This document shows positions 42,647 through 51,026 of a stretch of 64,000 nucleotides of DNA, piece after piece. The notes under the pieces are model-generated. The model had not been told where the DNA came from. It ran no database searches and was given only the letters and a program-made list of their open reading frames with translations. The DNA is from an uncultured Myxococcales bacterium (GTDB lineage Bacteria; Myxococcota_A; Polyangia; Fen-1088): NCBI GenBank assembly GCA_964647025.1, contig CAZYFU010000001.1, forward strand, positions 66,964 through 130,963. The letters are read 5' to 3'. Position 1 is the first letter of the stretch, and every line of letters begins with the position of its first letter. The position numbers and the translations under genes were made by a program.

Positions 42647-43186
42647 CTACAGCTTGTAGGAGAGCTTCCCGCTCAGGTGCAGCGCGACGTCGGCGGACCA
42701 GTCTTGCTCGGGCGCGACGCCGGTCAAGTGGAGGGTGAATACGAGCTTCTTCGCGGCCCACACGCTGGTGACGTTGATGGGCTGGGTCGTGGGCACGTCG
42801 AGGACCGCGGACGGGCTGAAGTCCGTGGGCCGCGTGTAATTGATCACCTCGATGGGCTGGATGCTCGGGTCTTCGCCGGACGACATGATGATGCGCGCCT
42901 GGCGGATGAAGCTGAGATCGTTCACTCCCGAGACCGCCGTCAGCTCGACCTCGTACGCGTAGACGTCGGAGTTCAGATCCTTCGCCCAGGACAGATCGTC
43001 CGAAGTCACCGTGAAGGATCGGGTGATGGACACCTCGCCCGCGGCCTGCCCGCCCGGGATGCCTTGGAACGAGACCGCCCTCTGGGTGACCTTGGTGTCG
43101 GGAATGTCGGCGTCCACTTGGGCGCACGAGGCAACCGTCAGAACGAAGAGGGCGCCGAGGGAGAAAGACCGATTTGCAGTACGCAT
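42647..43186 (-). CDS. hypothetical lipoprotein
   Basis: Internal ATG. Signal plus lipobox (LTVASC). Confidence 0.6.
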   Translation of the reverse strand: MRTANRSFSLGALFVLTVASCAQVDADIPDTKVTQRAVSFQGIPGGQAAGEVSITRSFTVTSDDLSWAKDLNSDVYAYEVELTAVSGVNDLSFIRQARIIMSSGEDPSIQPIEVINYTRPTDFSPSAVLDVPTTQPINVTSVWAAKKLVFTLHLTGVAPEQDWSADVALHLSGKLSYKL

Positions 43187-43194
43187 GGGTTGCC

Positions 43195-43809
43195 TCAGAT
43201 GAAGAAGACGATCAGACCGACCTTGAGAGAAGAACCGACGACGGTAACCTTCGGATCCGAGCTGACCTCGATGGTCGTCGAGCTGGAGCTCTTCATGGCT
43301 TGGTTGAGGTTGTGGATGTCGGCCCACACCTTCGAGATGCCGCCGTGGACGAAGAAGATGACGTTCTTGCCACCGAAGTCGAGGCCTGCGTGGGCGTTGA
43401 AGTAGTCGTACCCGACGCGCTCGAGCAGAGGGCTGCCGGCGAAGTCACCGCTGACCAGGCGGCGCACCAAGCCGTTGGCATTGCCATCGCTATAGTGGCC
43501 GTATTCCACGGACACGGACGGGCCGGCGCCGAAGGGAACCAGTGAAAGGCCGCCACGCCATCCACGGCTGACCGAATTGGATCCGCCGCCGACGTAGGCG
43601 CGGATCCACTGCCAAGGCCGCACGACGAGAGAACCGATGGCCCCATCCGGTACGCCAGCGTCGACCATCAGGCCGATGCGCGGCCAGGACTCCGACCGCT
43701 GGGCCTGCAACGCGGTCTCCACCGTATGAGGTTCCTCGGCAATTGCCGCCAGAGGCGTTGCCGCAGCGGCGATGCCGACCAACCCGACCATAAACGACGC
43801 GAACCTCAT
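43195..43809 (-). CDS. putative outer-membrane beta-barrel protein
   Basis: Internal ATG. Signal peptide (AAIAEEP), alternating beta-strand pattern, and a C-terminus ending in aromatic residues (VFFI). Confidence 0.55.
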   Translation of the reverse strand: MRFASFMVGLVGIAAAATPLAAIAEEPHTVETALQAQRSESWPRIGLMVDAGVPDGAIGSLVVRPWQWIRAYVGGGSNSVSRGWRGGLSLVPFGAGPSVSVEYGHYSDGNANGLVRRLVSGDFAGSPLLERVGYDYFNAHAGLDFGGKNVIFFVHGGISKVWADIHNLNQAMKSSSSTTIEVSSDPKVTVVGSSLKVGLIVFFI

Positions 43810-43815
43810 GGCTGT

Positions 43816-43821
43816 ATTATA
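43816..43821 (-). promoter_or_regulatory. perfect TATAAT hexamer 6 nt upstream of the 43809 ATG (possible leaderless promoter)
   Basis: The plus strand reads attata at 43816-43821, inside a locally AT-rich patch (43810-43875). No convincing -35 element. Confidence 0.3.
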
Positions 43822-44015
43822 TCGCCGCCTTCTAAGTAAGCTTGAATACTTTTTATATAAGATAAAACATTGGTCGAGAGCGGCCTGACGCGGCCTCCGA
43901 ATCACTGGCAATGCTTGGGCTTTCTCCTTGGGCAGGCGTGACGCGCAGTTTGCGGACTCGGGCCGGAAGTGTTATCCACGATGGCGCTCAGGAAGCTCGA
44001 TTGGAGATCACCACG

Positions 44016-44291
44016 ATGAAAAGACTGCTCATTCTCTCGTTCCTGTCCGCCACCTTGTTCGCCACGCAGAGCCCAGCTTCCGCGGCCAGTCCCAAGACCT
44101 ATCAGGTGACAGGCCCAGTGCTCGAAGTGCGGGACGACGTGATCGTCGTTCAGAAGGGCAAAGAGAAGTGGGAGATCGCTCGTACGTCCGACACCGAGAT
44201 CAAGGGCGACGTGAAGGTCGGCGCCAAGGTGACCATCGAGTACAGGATGACTGCCACCACGGTCGAGACCAAGGACGAGGCCAAGAAATAG
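44016..44291 (+). CDS. small secreted hypothetical protein (91 aa)
   Basis: GGAG about 10 nt upstream. Signal peptide (ATQSPASAAS), and a Lys/Glu/Val-rich, beta-like mature part. Confidence 0.6.
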   Translation: MKRLLILSFLSATLFATQSPASAASPKTYQVTGPVLEVRDDVIVVQKGKEKWEIARTSDTEIKGDVKVGAKVTIEYRMTATTVETKDEAKK

Positions 44292-44879
44292 CTACGGGGC
44301 CAGCACCACGGGGCCCGGCCGAAGGATTTCGATTTGGCTGTCCCGTATGCGGGCGAGCGTGCTGGGCGAACCACCTGGGGTCTCGCCTCCGTCGAGGATG
44401 TGAAAGCCACCATCGGGGAACTGCGCTTCCAGCTCCCCTGCCCGGCGCACGGCCGGCGCGCCCGACCGATTGGCGCTGGTCGCGGTGATCGGCTGACCGG
44501 TAGCCCGTACCAACGCATGCGCCAGAGGATGGGACGAGACCCGCGCGGCCACGCAGCCGTCGGTCACGATGGCCGACGGCAGCCCCGCCCGGGCCGGAAC
44601 CGCCAGGGTCAGCGGACCGGGCCAGTGGTCCCGCGCCAGACCGATGGCCAAGGCGGGCATCCCTGCGCACAGGCCGGAGAACATGGCCAGGTCGGACACG
44701 AGCAACGCGCTGGCCTTACTCTCGCCACGGCCCTTCAGGGCAAACAGGCGATCCAGGGCCAGGGAGTCCAGGGCAAGCGCGGCGAATCCATAAAACGTCT
44801 CGGTCGGATAGGCCACGATCTCGCCTCGCAACACGGCGGCCCCGGCGTCGAACACCTGCTCGGGCGAGAAGGTGCTCAC
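44292..44879 (-). CDS. tsaC: L-threonylcarbamoyladenylate synthase (YrdC/TsaC)
   Basis: YrdC motifs (VAYPTETFYGFAA, KGRGESKA, SANRSG). The GTG start overlaps the pepT stop (GTGA). Confidence 0.85.
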   Translation of the reverse strand: MSTFSPEQVFDAGAAVLRGEIVAYPTETFYGFAALALDSLALDRLFALKGRGESKASALLVSDLAMFSGLCAGMPALAIGLARDHWPGPLTLAVPARAGLPSAIVTDGCVAARVSSHPLAHALVRATGQPITATSANRSGAPAVRRAGELEAQFPDGGFHILDGGETPGGSPSTLARIRDSQIEILRPGPVVLAP

Positions 44880-46153
44880 GCCTGACCGCTCTTTTCCACC
44901 CAGACACCAACCAGCTGAAGACAGACCCCCACGGCGGCCGCCATCCACTGCAACGAGGCCCACTCGCGAACCGAGTGAGGGGACTGGCCGCCGGTGAAGA
45001 GGTTTGGCGTCAGAAGTCCCATGGCAGAGAGCCTGGCCCCGTCGGTACCGCCGCGGATCGCCCGGCGCACCGGCTCGATGCCTTGGCGACGCGAAGCCAA
45101 TAGCGCGTAGTCGAGGACCTTGCTGTCCTTGGCGATGTGCTCGCCCATGTTGCGATAGGTCTGCATGATCGTCAGGTTGATGTTGGCGCCCGGAAAACGA
45201 TCCTCCGCGTGTGCGACGATCTGCTTGAGCGTCTCCTCCCGTTCATAGAGCTCCCCGTCGCTGAAGGCACGAACGAGCAGCTTGATCTGCGCGCGGCCTA
45301 CGTCGCCGCTGATGGCGAATGGATGAAGATACGACTGGCGACCGGCCGTGGTCTCCGGCAAGAAGTCCACGGGCAGAGCTGCGACGATCGCCGCCGCGAT
45401 TCGAACGGCGTTGATCATCACCCCCTTGGCGTACCCCGGATGCACGTCGTGACCGGTGATGGTGATGGTCGCGGAGTCTGCGCTAAACGTCTCGTCCTCG
45501 ATCTCGCCCACGCCGGAACCGTCGACCGTGTACGCGTACTCGGCGCCAAAGTCGGCCAGGTCCAGCCGCTCGACCCCGCGGCCGATCTCCTCGTCCGGTG
45601 TGAAGGCGAGACGAAGCTTGCCGTGGTGGAACTCGGGGTGCCGGCGCAACCAGTCGACCATGGTCATGATCTCGGCGACACCGGCCTTGTCATCGGCGCC
45701 GAGCAAGGTCGTCCCATCGGTGTGAATCAACGTGTGGCCCACGCAGTCGGCGAGCGCTGGGTTGCTGGCCAGAGGTATCACGGCGCCCGTGGCCGGCAGC
45801 GTGATGTCACCACCGGTGTACGCTTCGATGACCTGGGGTTTGACGTCGCGGCCCGAGGTTCCGGGATAGGTGTCTAGGTGGGCCAAGAAGCCCAACACCG
45901 GAACCTTGCCTGCGAATCCCTCGGGCAGATTCGCCGGTACCGTTGCGAGGACGTGCCCCGATTCGGTCATTGTCGCGTCCCCTAGGCCCAAGGCCCCAAG
46001 CTCATCCACGAGAAGCCGGCCGAGATCCTTCTGCTTCTCCGTGGACGGATACGACGTGGAGTCGTCGTCAGACTCGGTATCGATCTTCGCGTAACGCAGA
46101 AAGCGATCGAGCAACTCGCGCGTCTCCGCGACGGACAACGTTATGGCGGGCAT
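44876..46153 (-). CDS. pepT: peptidase T (M20B tripeptidase)
   Basis: PepT-like N-terminus (LLDRFLRYAKIDTESD) and M20 metal motifs (HLDT, GADDKAG). Confidence 0.9.
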   Translation of the reverse strand: MPAITLSVAETRELLDRFLRYAKIDTESDDDSTSYPSTEKQKDLGRLLVDELGALGLGDATMTESGHVLATVPANLPEGFAGKVPVLGFLAHLDTYPGTSGRDVKPQVIEAYTGGDITLPATGAVIPLASNPALADCVGHTLIHTDGTTLLGADDKAGVAEIMTMVDWLRRHPEFHHGKLRLAFTPDEEIGRGVERLDLADFGAEYAYTVDGSGVGEIEDETFSADSATITITGHDVHPGYAKGVMINAVRIAAAIVAALPVDFLPETTAGRQSYLHPFAISGDVGRAQIKLLVRAFSDGELYEREETLKQIVAHAEDRFPGANINLTIMQTYRNMGEHIAKDSKVLDYALLASRRQGIEPVRRAIRGGTDGARLSAMGLLTPNLFTGGQSPHSVREWASLQWMAAAVGVCLQLVGVWVEKSGQA

Positions 46154-46224
46154 CGCGATCCATCCTAGCGTGCGGTCGGCGCGCTCGGTAGCTCGGGATG
46201 CCCGTTCGATGGAATTGTCCGGCG

Positions 46225-47973
46225 CTAGAAGCCGCGCGGCATCCGCGGCGAGTACGTCGCGTGCAGGAGGTGGTGCGCCTTCTCTCCGTTGGGCTCACCA
46301 AGGAACTCCTCGTAGACTGTGCGAATCGCGGGGTTCTTGTGCGCCTGACGAATGGGCAGTCCGCGATCCTCCGCGTACATCGCCTCGATGCGGCGCCGCC
46401 GGGTCTCGTCGTCGGTCGGCAACGGCTGGCCTCCGCCGCCAATGCAACCTCCGGGACACGCCATGACCTCGAGGAAGTGGATCTCCTCCTTGCCGGCCTT
46501 GATGTCGTCGAGCACCTTGCGCGCGTTGGCCAGGCCGTTCACCGCGCACAATTTGATCTCGCGGTCGCCGATCAGCACCGAGCCGCGCTTGATGCCGGCC
46601 GTCCCCCGCAGCGCGGGATACTCCAGCCTCGCCTCCGTCTTCGGATCGAGGACCGCGGCCACCGTGCGCAACGACGCCTCCATCATGCCGCCGGTCACAC
46701 CGAACATCAGACCTGCGCCGGTGGCGTCGCCCAGGATCGGATCGAAGTTCGACTCGGGCAGCGAGGGGACGTCGACCTCGTGCATGCGCAAGAGGTCGCC
46801 GAACTCGCGCGTGGTCAGCACCGCGTCCATCTCGGGCGTACCGTCGTCCAGCTTGTGCTCGGGGCGTTGGATTTCGAACTTCTTCGCCGAGCACGGCATG
46901 ATCGACACATTGAAGATCTTCTTCGGGTCGATGCCGTTGCGCTGGGCAAAGAAGGTCTTGGTCAAGGCGCCCACGATCTGCTGCGGCGACTTGGTCGAAG
47001 ACATGTTCGGGATGAACTCGGGGTAGAAGTGCTCCATGAACTTCACCCAGCCGGGCGAGCAGCTGGTGATGATCGGATAGGGCCCCCCCTTGTTGATGCG
47101 GGCGATGAGCTCGTGGCCCTCTTCCATGACCGCCATGTCCGCACCGAAGTCCGTGTCAAACACGTAGTCGAAGCCGATGCGGCGGAGCGCGGTCGGCAAC
47201 TTGCGGGTGAGCGGAACGCCCGGCGGAAGATTGTACAGCTCGCCGACGGTCGCGCGCACCGAGGGAGCGATCTGCACGATGACGATCTTCTCGGGATCTT
47301 CCAGCGCATCCGACACCTGCTCGAGGTAGCTCTTGTCGCGAATCGCGGCGACAGGGCACTTGAGCAGGCATTGCCCGCACAGCACGCACACGGTGTCCGC
47401 CAAGTCGCGGTCGAACGGCGGCAACACGGTGGTCGAGAAACCGCGGTTGACGAAGTCGAGGGCATAGACCCCCTGCACTTCCTTGCAGACCTTCACGCAC
47501 TTGCCGCACAAGATACAGAAGTCGGGGTGGCGCGTGATGGCCACCGACGACGTGTCGTTCGTGCCGTGGCGCTTCTCGCCCTCGTAGCGGATCTTGTCGA
47601 TCGAGTACTCGCGGCAGGCGTCCTGCAGGTTGCAGCGCTGGTTGCGGATGCAGGTCTGGCAGGCACGCGGATGGTTGGCGAGGATGAGCTCGATGATCGT
47701 ACGCCGAGCATCGCGCAGCTCCCGCGTGTTGGTACGCACCATCATGCCCTCCACGGCCGGGTACGAGCAGGCCGGCTCCAGCCGGGTGGAGCCGGTGGGG
47801 TTCGCCACCTCGACCACGCACAGACGGCACGCGCCCGAGACGGTCAGGTGCTTGTCGTAGCAGAGCGTCGGGATACGGATGCCGAGGGACTGCGCGGCTT
47901 CGAGCAAGGTCGAGCCAGCGGGTACGCGGACCGGCAGGCCGTTGATGGTCAGATTGACTTGATTGTCAGCCAT
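46225..47973 (-). CDS. hydA: [FeFe]-hydrogenase catalytic subunit, M3-type HydA (module 1)
   Basis: N-terminal [2Fe-2S] ferredoxin fold, His-ligated cluster motif (HPRACQTCIRNQRC) and 2x CxxCxxCxxxCP. H-domain motifs are TSCSPGW, MPCSAKKFE and EVMACPGGCIGGGGQP, followed by a small-subunit-like tail. Confidence 0.9.
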   Translation of the reverse strand: MADNQVNLTINGLPVRVPAGSTLLEAAQSLGIRIPTLCYDKHLTVSGACRLCVVEVANPTGSTRLEPACSYPAVEGMMVRTNTRELRDARRTIIELILANHPRACQTCIRNQRCNLQDACREYSIDKIRYEGEKRHGTNDTSSVAITRHPDFCILCGKCVKVCKEVQGVYALDFVNRGFSTTVLPPFDRDLADTVCVLCGQCLLKCPVAAIRDKSYLEQVSDALEDPEKIVIVQIAPSVRATVGELYNLPPGVPLTRKLPTALRRIGFDYVFDTDFGADMAVMEEGHELIARINKGGPYPIITSCSPGWVKFMEHFYPEFIPNMSSTKSPQQIVGALTKTFFAQRNGIDPKKIFNVSIMPCSAKKFEIQRPEHKLDDGTPEMDAVLTTREFGDLLRMHEVDVPSLPESNFDPILGDATGAGLMFGVTGGMMEASLRTVAAVLDPKTEARLEYPALRGTAGIKRGSVLIGDREIKLCAVNGLANARKVLDDIKAGKEEIHFLEVMACPGGCIGGGGQPLPTDDETRRRRIEAMYAEDRGLPIRQAHKNPAIRTVYEEFLGEPNGEKAHHLLHATYSPRMPRGF

Positions 47974-47991
47974 GGGGATATCTCCGATCCT

Positions 47992-50463
47992 CTAGGTGCG
48001 CGCCACGGCGCCGAAGGGACAAACCCGGTTGCACTCGCCGCACTTGATGCAGCGTTCGTTGTCGATGACGTAGATCTCGCCCTTCTCGCCGCTGATGCAC
48101 TGGACCGGGCACCCGCGCGCGCAAAGGCCGCAACCGCGACAGTTGGAAAGGATGTGGTAGGTGAGCAACGACTTGCACACGCCAGCCAAACAACGCGTAT
48201 CGCGAATGTGCGATACGTACTCGTGCTCGAAGTAGCGCAGCGTCGAGACCACGGGATTGGGCGCCGTCGCCCCCAGGCCGCAAGCCGAGGTGCGCGAGAT
48301 GACCATGGCCAAGTGGCGCAGCTCGGTGAGGTCGTCCATCTTGCCCTTGCCGTCGGTGATCCGCTCCAGGATCTCGAGCATGCGCTTGGTGCCTTCCCGG
48401 CAGGGAATGCACTTGCCGCAGGATTCGTGCTGGGTGAATCCGAGGAAGAACTTGGCGAAGGCGACCATGCAGGTGCCCGAGTCGGTGACCACGAGGCCGC
48501 CTGAGCCCATCATGGCCCCGAGCTTCTTCAGGCTCTCGTAGTCGACGGCCGCGTCCATGCGGTCAGCCGGGATACACGCGCCGGACGGGCCACCGGTCTG
48601 CGCGCCCTTGATCGACGAGCCTTCGGGCGCACCGCCGCCGATCTCGTTGAGGAGATCTCGCATGGGGATGCCCATGGGAACCTCGACGAGACCGGTGTTC
48701 CGGATCTTGCCCGAAAGCGAGAAGATCTTCGTGCCCGCGCTCTTGTCGGTACCCACGCCGCGGAACCACTCCACGCCCTTGCTGAGGATGAGCGGCACGT
48801 TGGCGAAGGTCTCCACGTTATTCACGCAGGTGGGATGTCCGGCGAAGCCGTGCTGGGCCGGGTACGGCGGCTTGTTGCGAGCCATACCGCGCTTGCCCTC
48901 GATGCTGGAGATCATGGCGGTCTCTTCGCCGCACACGAACGCACCGGCGCCCTGGACGATCTCCACGTGCAGGCTCTTGCCCGAGCCGAGGATGTTCGGT
49001 CCGACGAGACCGTACATGCGCGCCTGCGCCAGCGCGATCTCGAGACGCCGAATCGCCAGCGGGTACTCGGCCCGGCAGTACACGAACGCGTGCTCCGCGC
49101 CGATGGCGTAGGCCGCGATCAACATGCCCTCCAGCACGCGGTGGGGGTCGCCTTCGAGGATGCTGCGATCCATGAACGCCCCGGGGTCGCCCTCGTCGGC
49201 GTTGCAAATGATGTAACGGGTGGTATCGGTCTGCGCGCGGGCGATCTGCCACTTCTTCCCGGTTGGGAAGCCGCCACCGCCTCGACCGCGAAGACCCGCG
49301 GCCGTGACCTCGGCGACAATCTGGTCGGGCGTCATCTCCTTGAGCGCCCTGTAGAGCGCCTTGTAGCCGTCCCGGGCGAGGTACTCGTCGATGTTCTCCG
49401 GGTCGATCTTGCCGGTGTTGGAGAGCACGCGCCGCTCTTGCTTGCTGTAGAAGGGAATCGACGCCTCGGTCACGTGACCGGGGGCGTAGAGCAAGCGCTC
49501 GACGATTTGGCCGCCCAAGATGTGCTTCTCGACGATCTCGGGTACGTCGGTCGCTTTCACGCGGCAGTAGAAGGCCTCGAGCGGCAAGAGCTGCACGATG
49601 GGGCCAACCTCGCAAAGGCCCTGGCACCCGGTCTCGATGAAGTCGACCTTGCCCGACAGGCCCCGCTTCTTGAGCTCGCTCAAGAATGCCTTGTAGACCG
49701 ACGGCTCATCGCTGGCGTCGCACGTCAGGCCCTTGCACAGGAATGCCGTGGCGAGGAACTGCGGTGACTTGTGCTCGGCGAGGTTGTGCAGTTCCTCGCG
49801 GAACTTCACACACTGCTCGTCGTCGTGGCAAGACATGCCCTCCATGCGACAGAGCAGGAAGTTGGGGCACGGCGTGCCCGGCCGGGTCTGGCACTTGTCG
49901 CAACAACGCTCGAGGAAGGTGCGGCCGCGCACCTTCTCGGTCCCGGCAGGCTTGCGCGCGACCACCGGTTTCGGTGTGGTCAGGAGCTTGCGCGCCATCT
50001 TGCCGACCATCTTGGGTGTCACGCGGCCATGCACCTCGCCGTCGATCACGACGGCGGGAGCCACGCCGCAGGCACCGACGCAGTTCACCTTTTCGAGCGT
50101 GACCTTGCCGTCAGGCGTGGTGTCGCCGGCATTGATGCCGAGGACGGCCACGAGCTCGCCCAACAGATCCTCCGAGCCCTTCACGTTGCACGCGGTCCCA
50201 TTGCAGACCTGGATGACGTGCTCGCCCTGCGCCTTCAGGCGGAACTGCGAATAGAAGGTCGCGACACCGTAGACGCGTGCCTCGGCAAGGCGCATGGCAT
50301 CTGCGACGTAGTCGAGAGCGTCGGTGGGGAGGTAGCCGTAAAGCTCCTGCGTCTTCTGCAGGACGGCAATGAGGTTGCGCGGCTTGAGGTCGACCCAATT
50401 GGCGAGCAAGTCGCGAAGCGGCGCCAGGTCAGTCACAGGAGGTGCAGCGGTGGTCTGTGTCAT
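47992..50463 (-). CDS. hydB: fused NuoE-like (HydC) + NuoF-like (HydB) flavoprotein subunit (module 1)
   Basis: Residues 1-160 are a NuoE-type [2Fe-2S] domain (CNGTAC...CVGAC). These are followed by a 7-Cys linker motif and a thioredoxin-like [2Fe-2S] domain. The NuoF core comes next (GRGGGGFPTGKKW, ESCGKCIPCREGT), then a C-terminal 2x[4Fe-4S]. Confidence 0.9.
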   Translation of the reverse strand: MTQTTAAPPVTDLAPLRDLLANWVDLKPRNLIAVLQKTQELYGYLPTDALDYVADAMRLAEARVYGVATFYSQFRLKAQGEHVIQVCNGTACNVKGSEDLLGELVAVLGINAGDTTPDGKVTLEKVNCVGACGVAPAVVIDGEVHGRVTPKMVGKMARKLLTTPKPVVARKPAGTEKVRGRTFLERCCDKCQTRPGTPCPNFLLCRMEGMSCHDDEQCVKFREELHNLAEHKSPQFLATAFLCKGLTCDASDEPSVYKAFLSELKKRGLSGKVDFIETGCQGLCEVGPIVQLLPLEAFYCRVKATDVPEIVEKHILGGQIVERLLYAPGHVTEASIPFYSKQERRVLSNTGKIDPENIDEYLARDGYKALYRALKEMTPDQIVAEVTAAGLRGRGGGGFPTGKKWQIARAQTDTTRYIICNADEGDPGAFMDRSILEGDPHRVLEGMLIAAYAIGAEHAFVYCRAEYPLAIRRLEIALAQARMYGLVGPNILGSGKSLHVEIVQGAGAFVCGEETAMISSIEGKRGMARNKPPYPAQHGFAGHPTCVNNVETFANVPLILSKGVEWFRGVGTDKSAGTKIFSLSGKIRNTGLVEVPMGIPMRDLLNEIGGGAPEGSSIKGAQTGGPSGACIPADRMDAAVDYESLKKLGAMMGSGGLVVTDSGTCMVAFAKFFLGFTQHESCGKCIPCREGTKRMLEILERITDGKGKMDDLTELRHLAMVISRTSACGLGATAPNPVVSTLRYFEHEYVSHIRDTRCLAGVCKSLLTYHILSNCRGCGLCARGCPVQCISGEKGEIYVIDNERCIKCGECNRVCPFGAVART

Positions 50464-50721
50464 GATTGCACGAGCTCGGTAGTGGCGATGCAGCGTCTAT
50501 CCCAACCGCACCAGCCTCGCAAGTAGGGATCTGCCCTGCGCGACTGGATCGGCCATTTCAAGACACGCAACACCTATTTGAGTGATTAGAAATCGGTCAT
50601 CATCGGCAGATACGCGTGCAGACTGAATTGCGGCCGGGCCAAGGTAGAGCTCTTCAGTCGTCGGGGGGTGCATCTGGCCCAAATACGCGGTATGTAGGGA
50701 CTAACAAAGGGGGGTCAGGTC

Positions 50722-51024
50722 ATGGTGAAAGTGGCGCTGCTGGTACGACTGGAAGCGAAGCCGGGGCGAGAGAAGGACGTCGAGCAGTTCCTACAGAAGG
50801 GACTGCCCCTCGTGGAGGCCGAACCGTCGACGGCTGCCTGGTTCGGCATCCGCATGGGAACCAACACATTCGGGATCTTCGACGCCTTCCCAGATGACGA
50901 AGCCCGCAATGCACATCTCTCCGGTCGGGTAGCAGAGGCATTGATGGCAAAAGCCGGCGACCTGCTCGTGCAGCCGCCTGCGATCGAGAAGCTCGACGTG
51001 ATCGCCGCCAAGTTGCCAAGCTGA
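50722..51024 (+). CDS. ABM (antibiotic biosynthesis monooxygenase-like) domain protein
   Basis: 100-aa ferredoxin-like alpha+beta protein with G-rich SD. Divergent from module 1 and convergent with the hybrid kinase. Confidence 0.65.
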   Translation: MVKVALLVRLEAKPGREKDVEQFLQKGLPLVEAEPSTAAWFGIRMGTNTFGIFDAFPDDEARNAHLSGRVAEALMAKAGDLLVQPPAIEKLDVIAAKLPS

Positions 51025-51026
51025 TC

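Noticed and set aside
46198-48504. 768-aa plus-strand ORF across the hydA / hydB-fusion genes
   Set aside because: It is antisense to two genes with unmistakable Fe-S and H-cluster motifs. The translated sequence is repetitive (R, A, G, D, L, V) with no motifs, so it is a shadow ORF.
50464-50721. Sigma54 (-24/-12) promoter or Rex box upstream of module 1
   Set aside because: I searched both strands by eye for TGGCAC-N5-TTGC and TGTGAA-N4-TTCACA and found no match better than half-site level.
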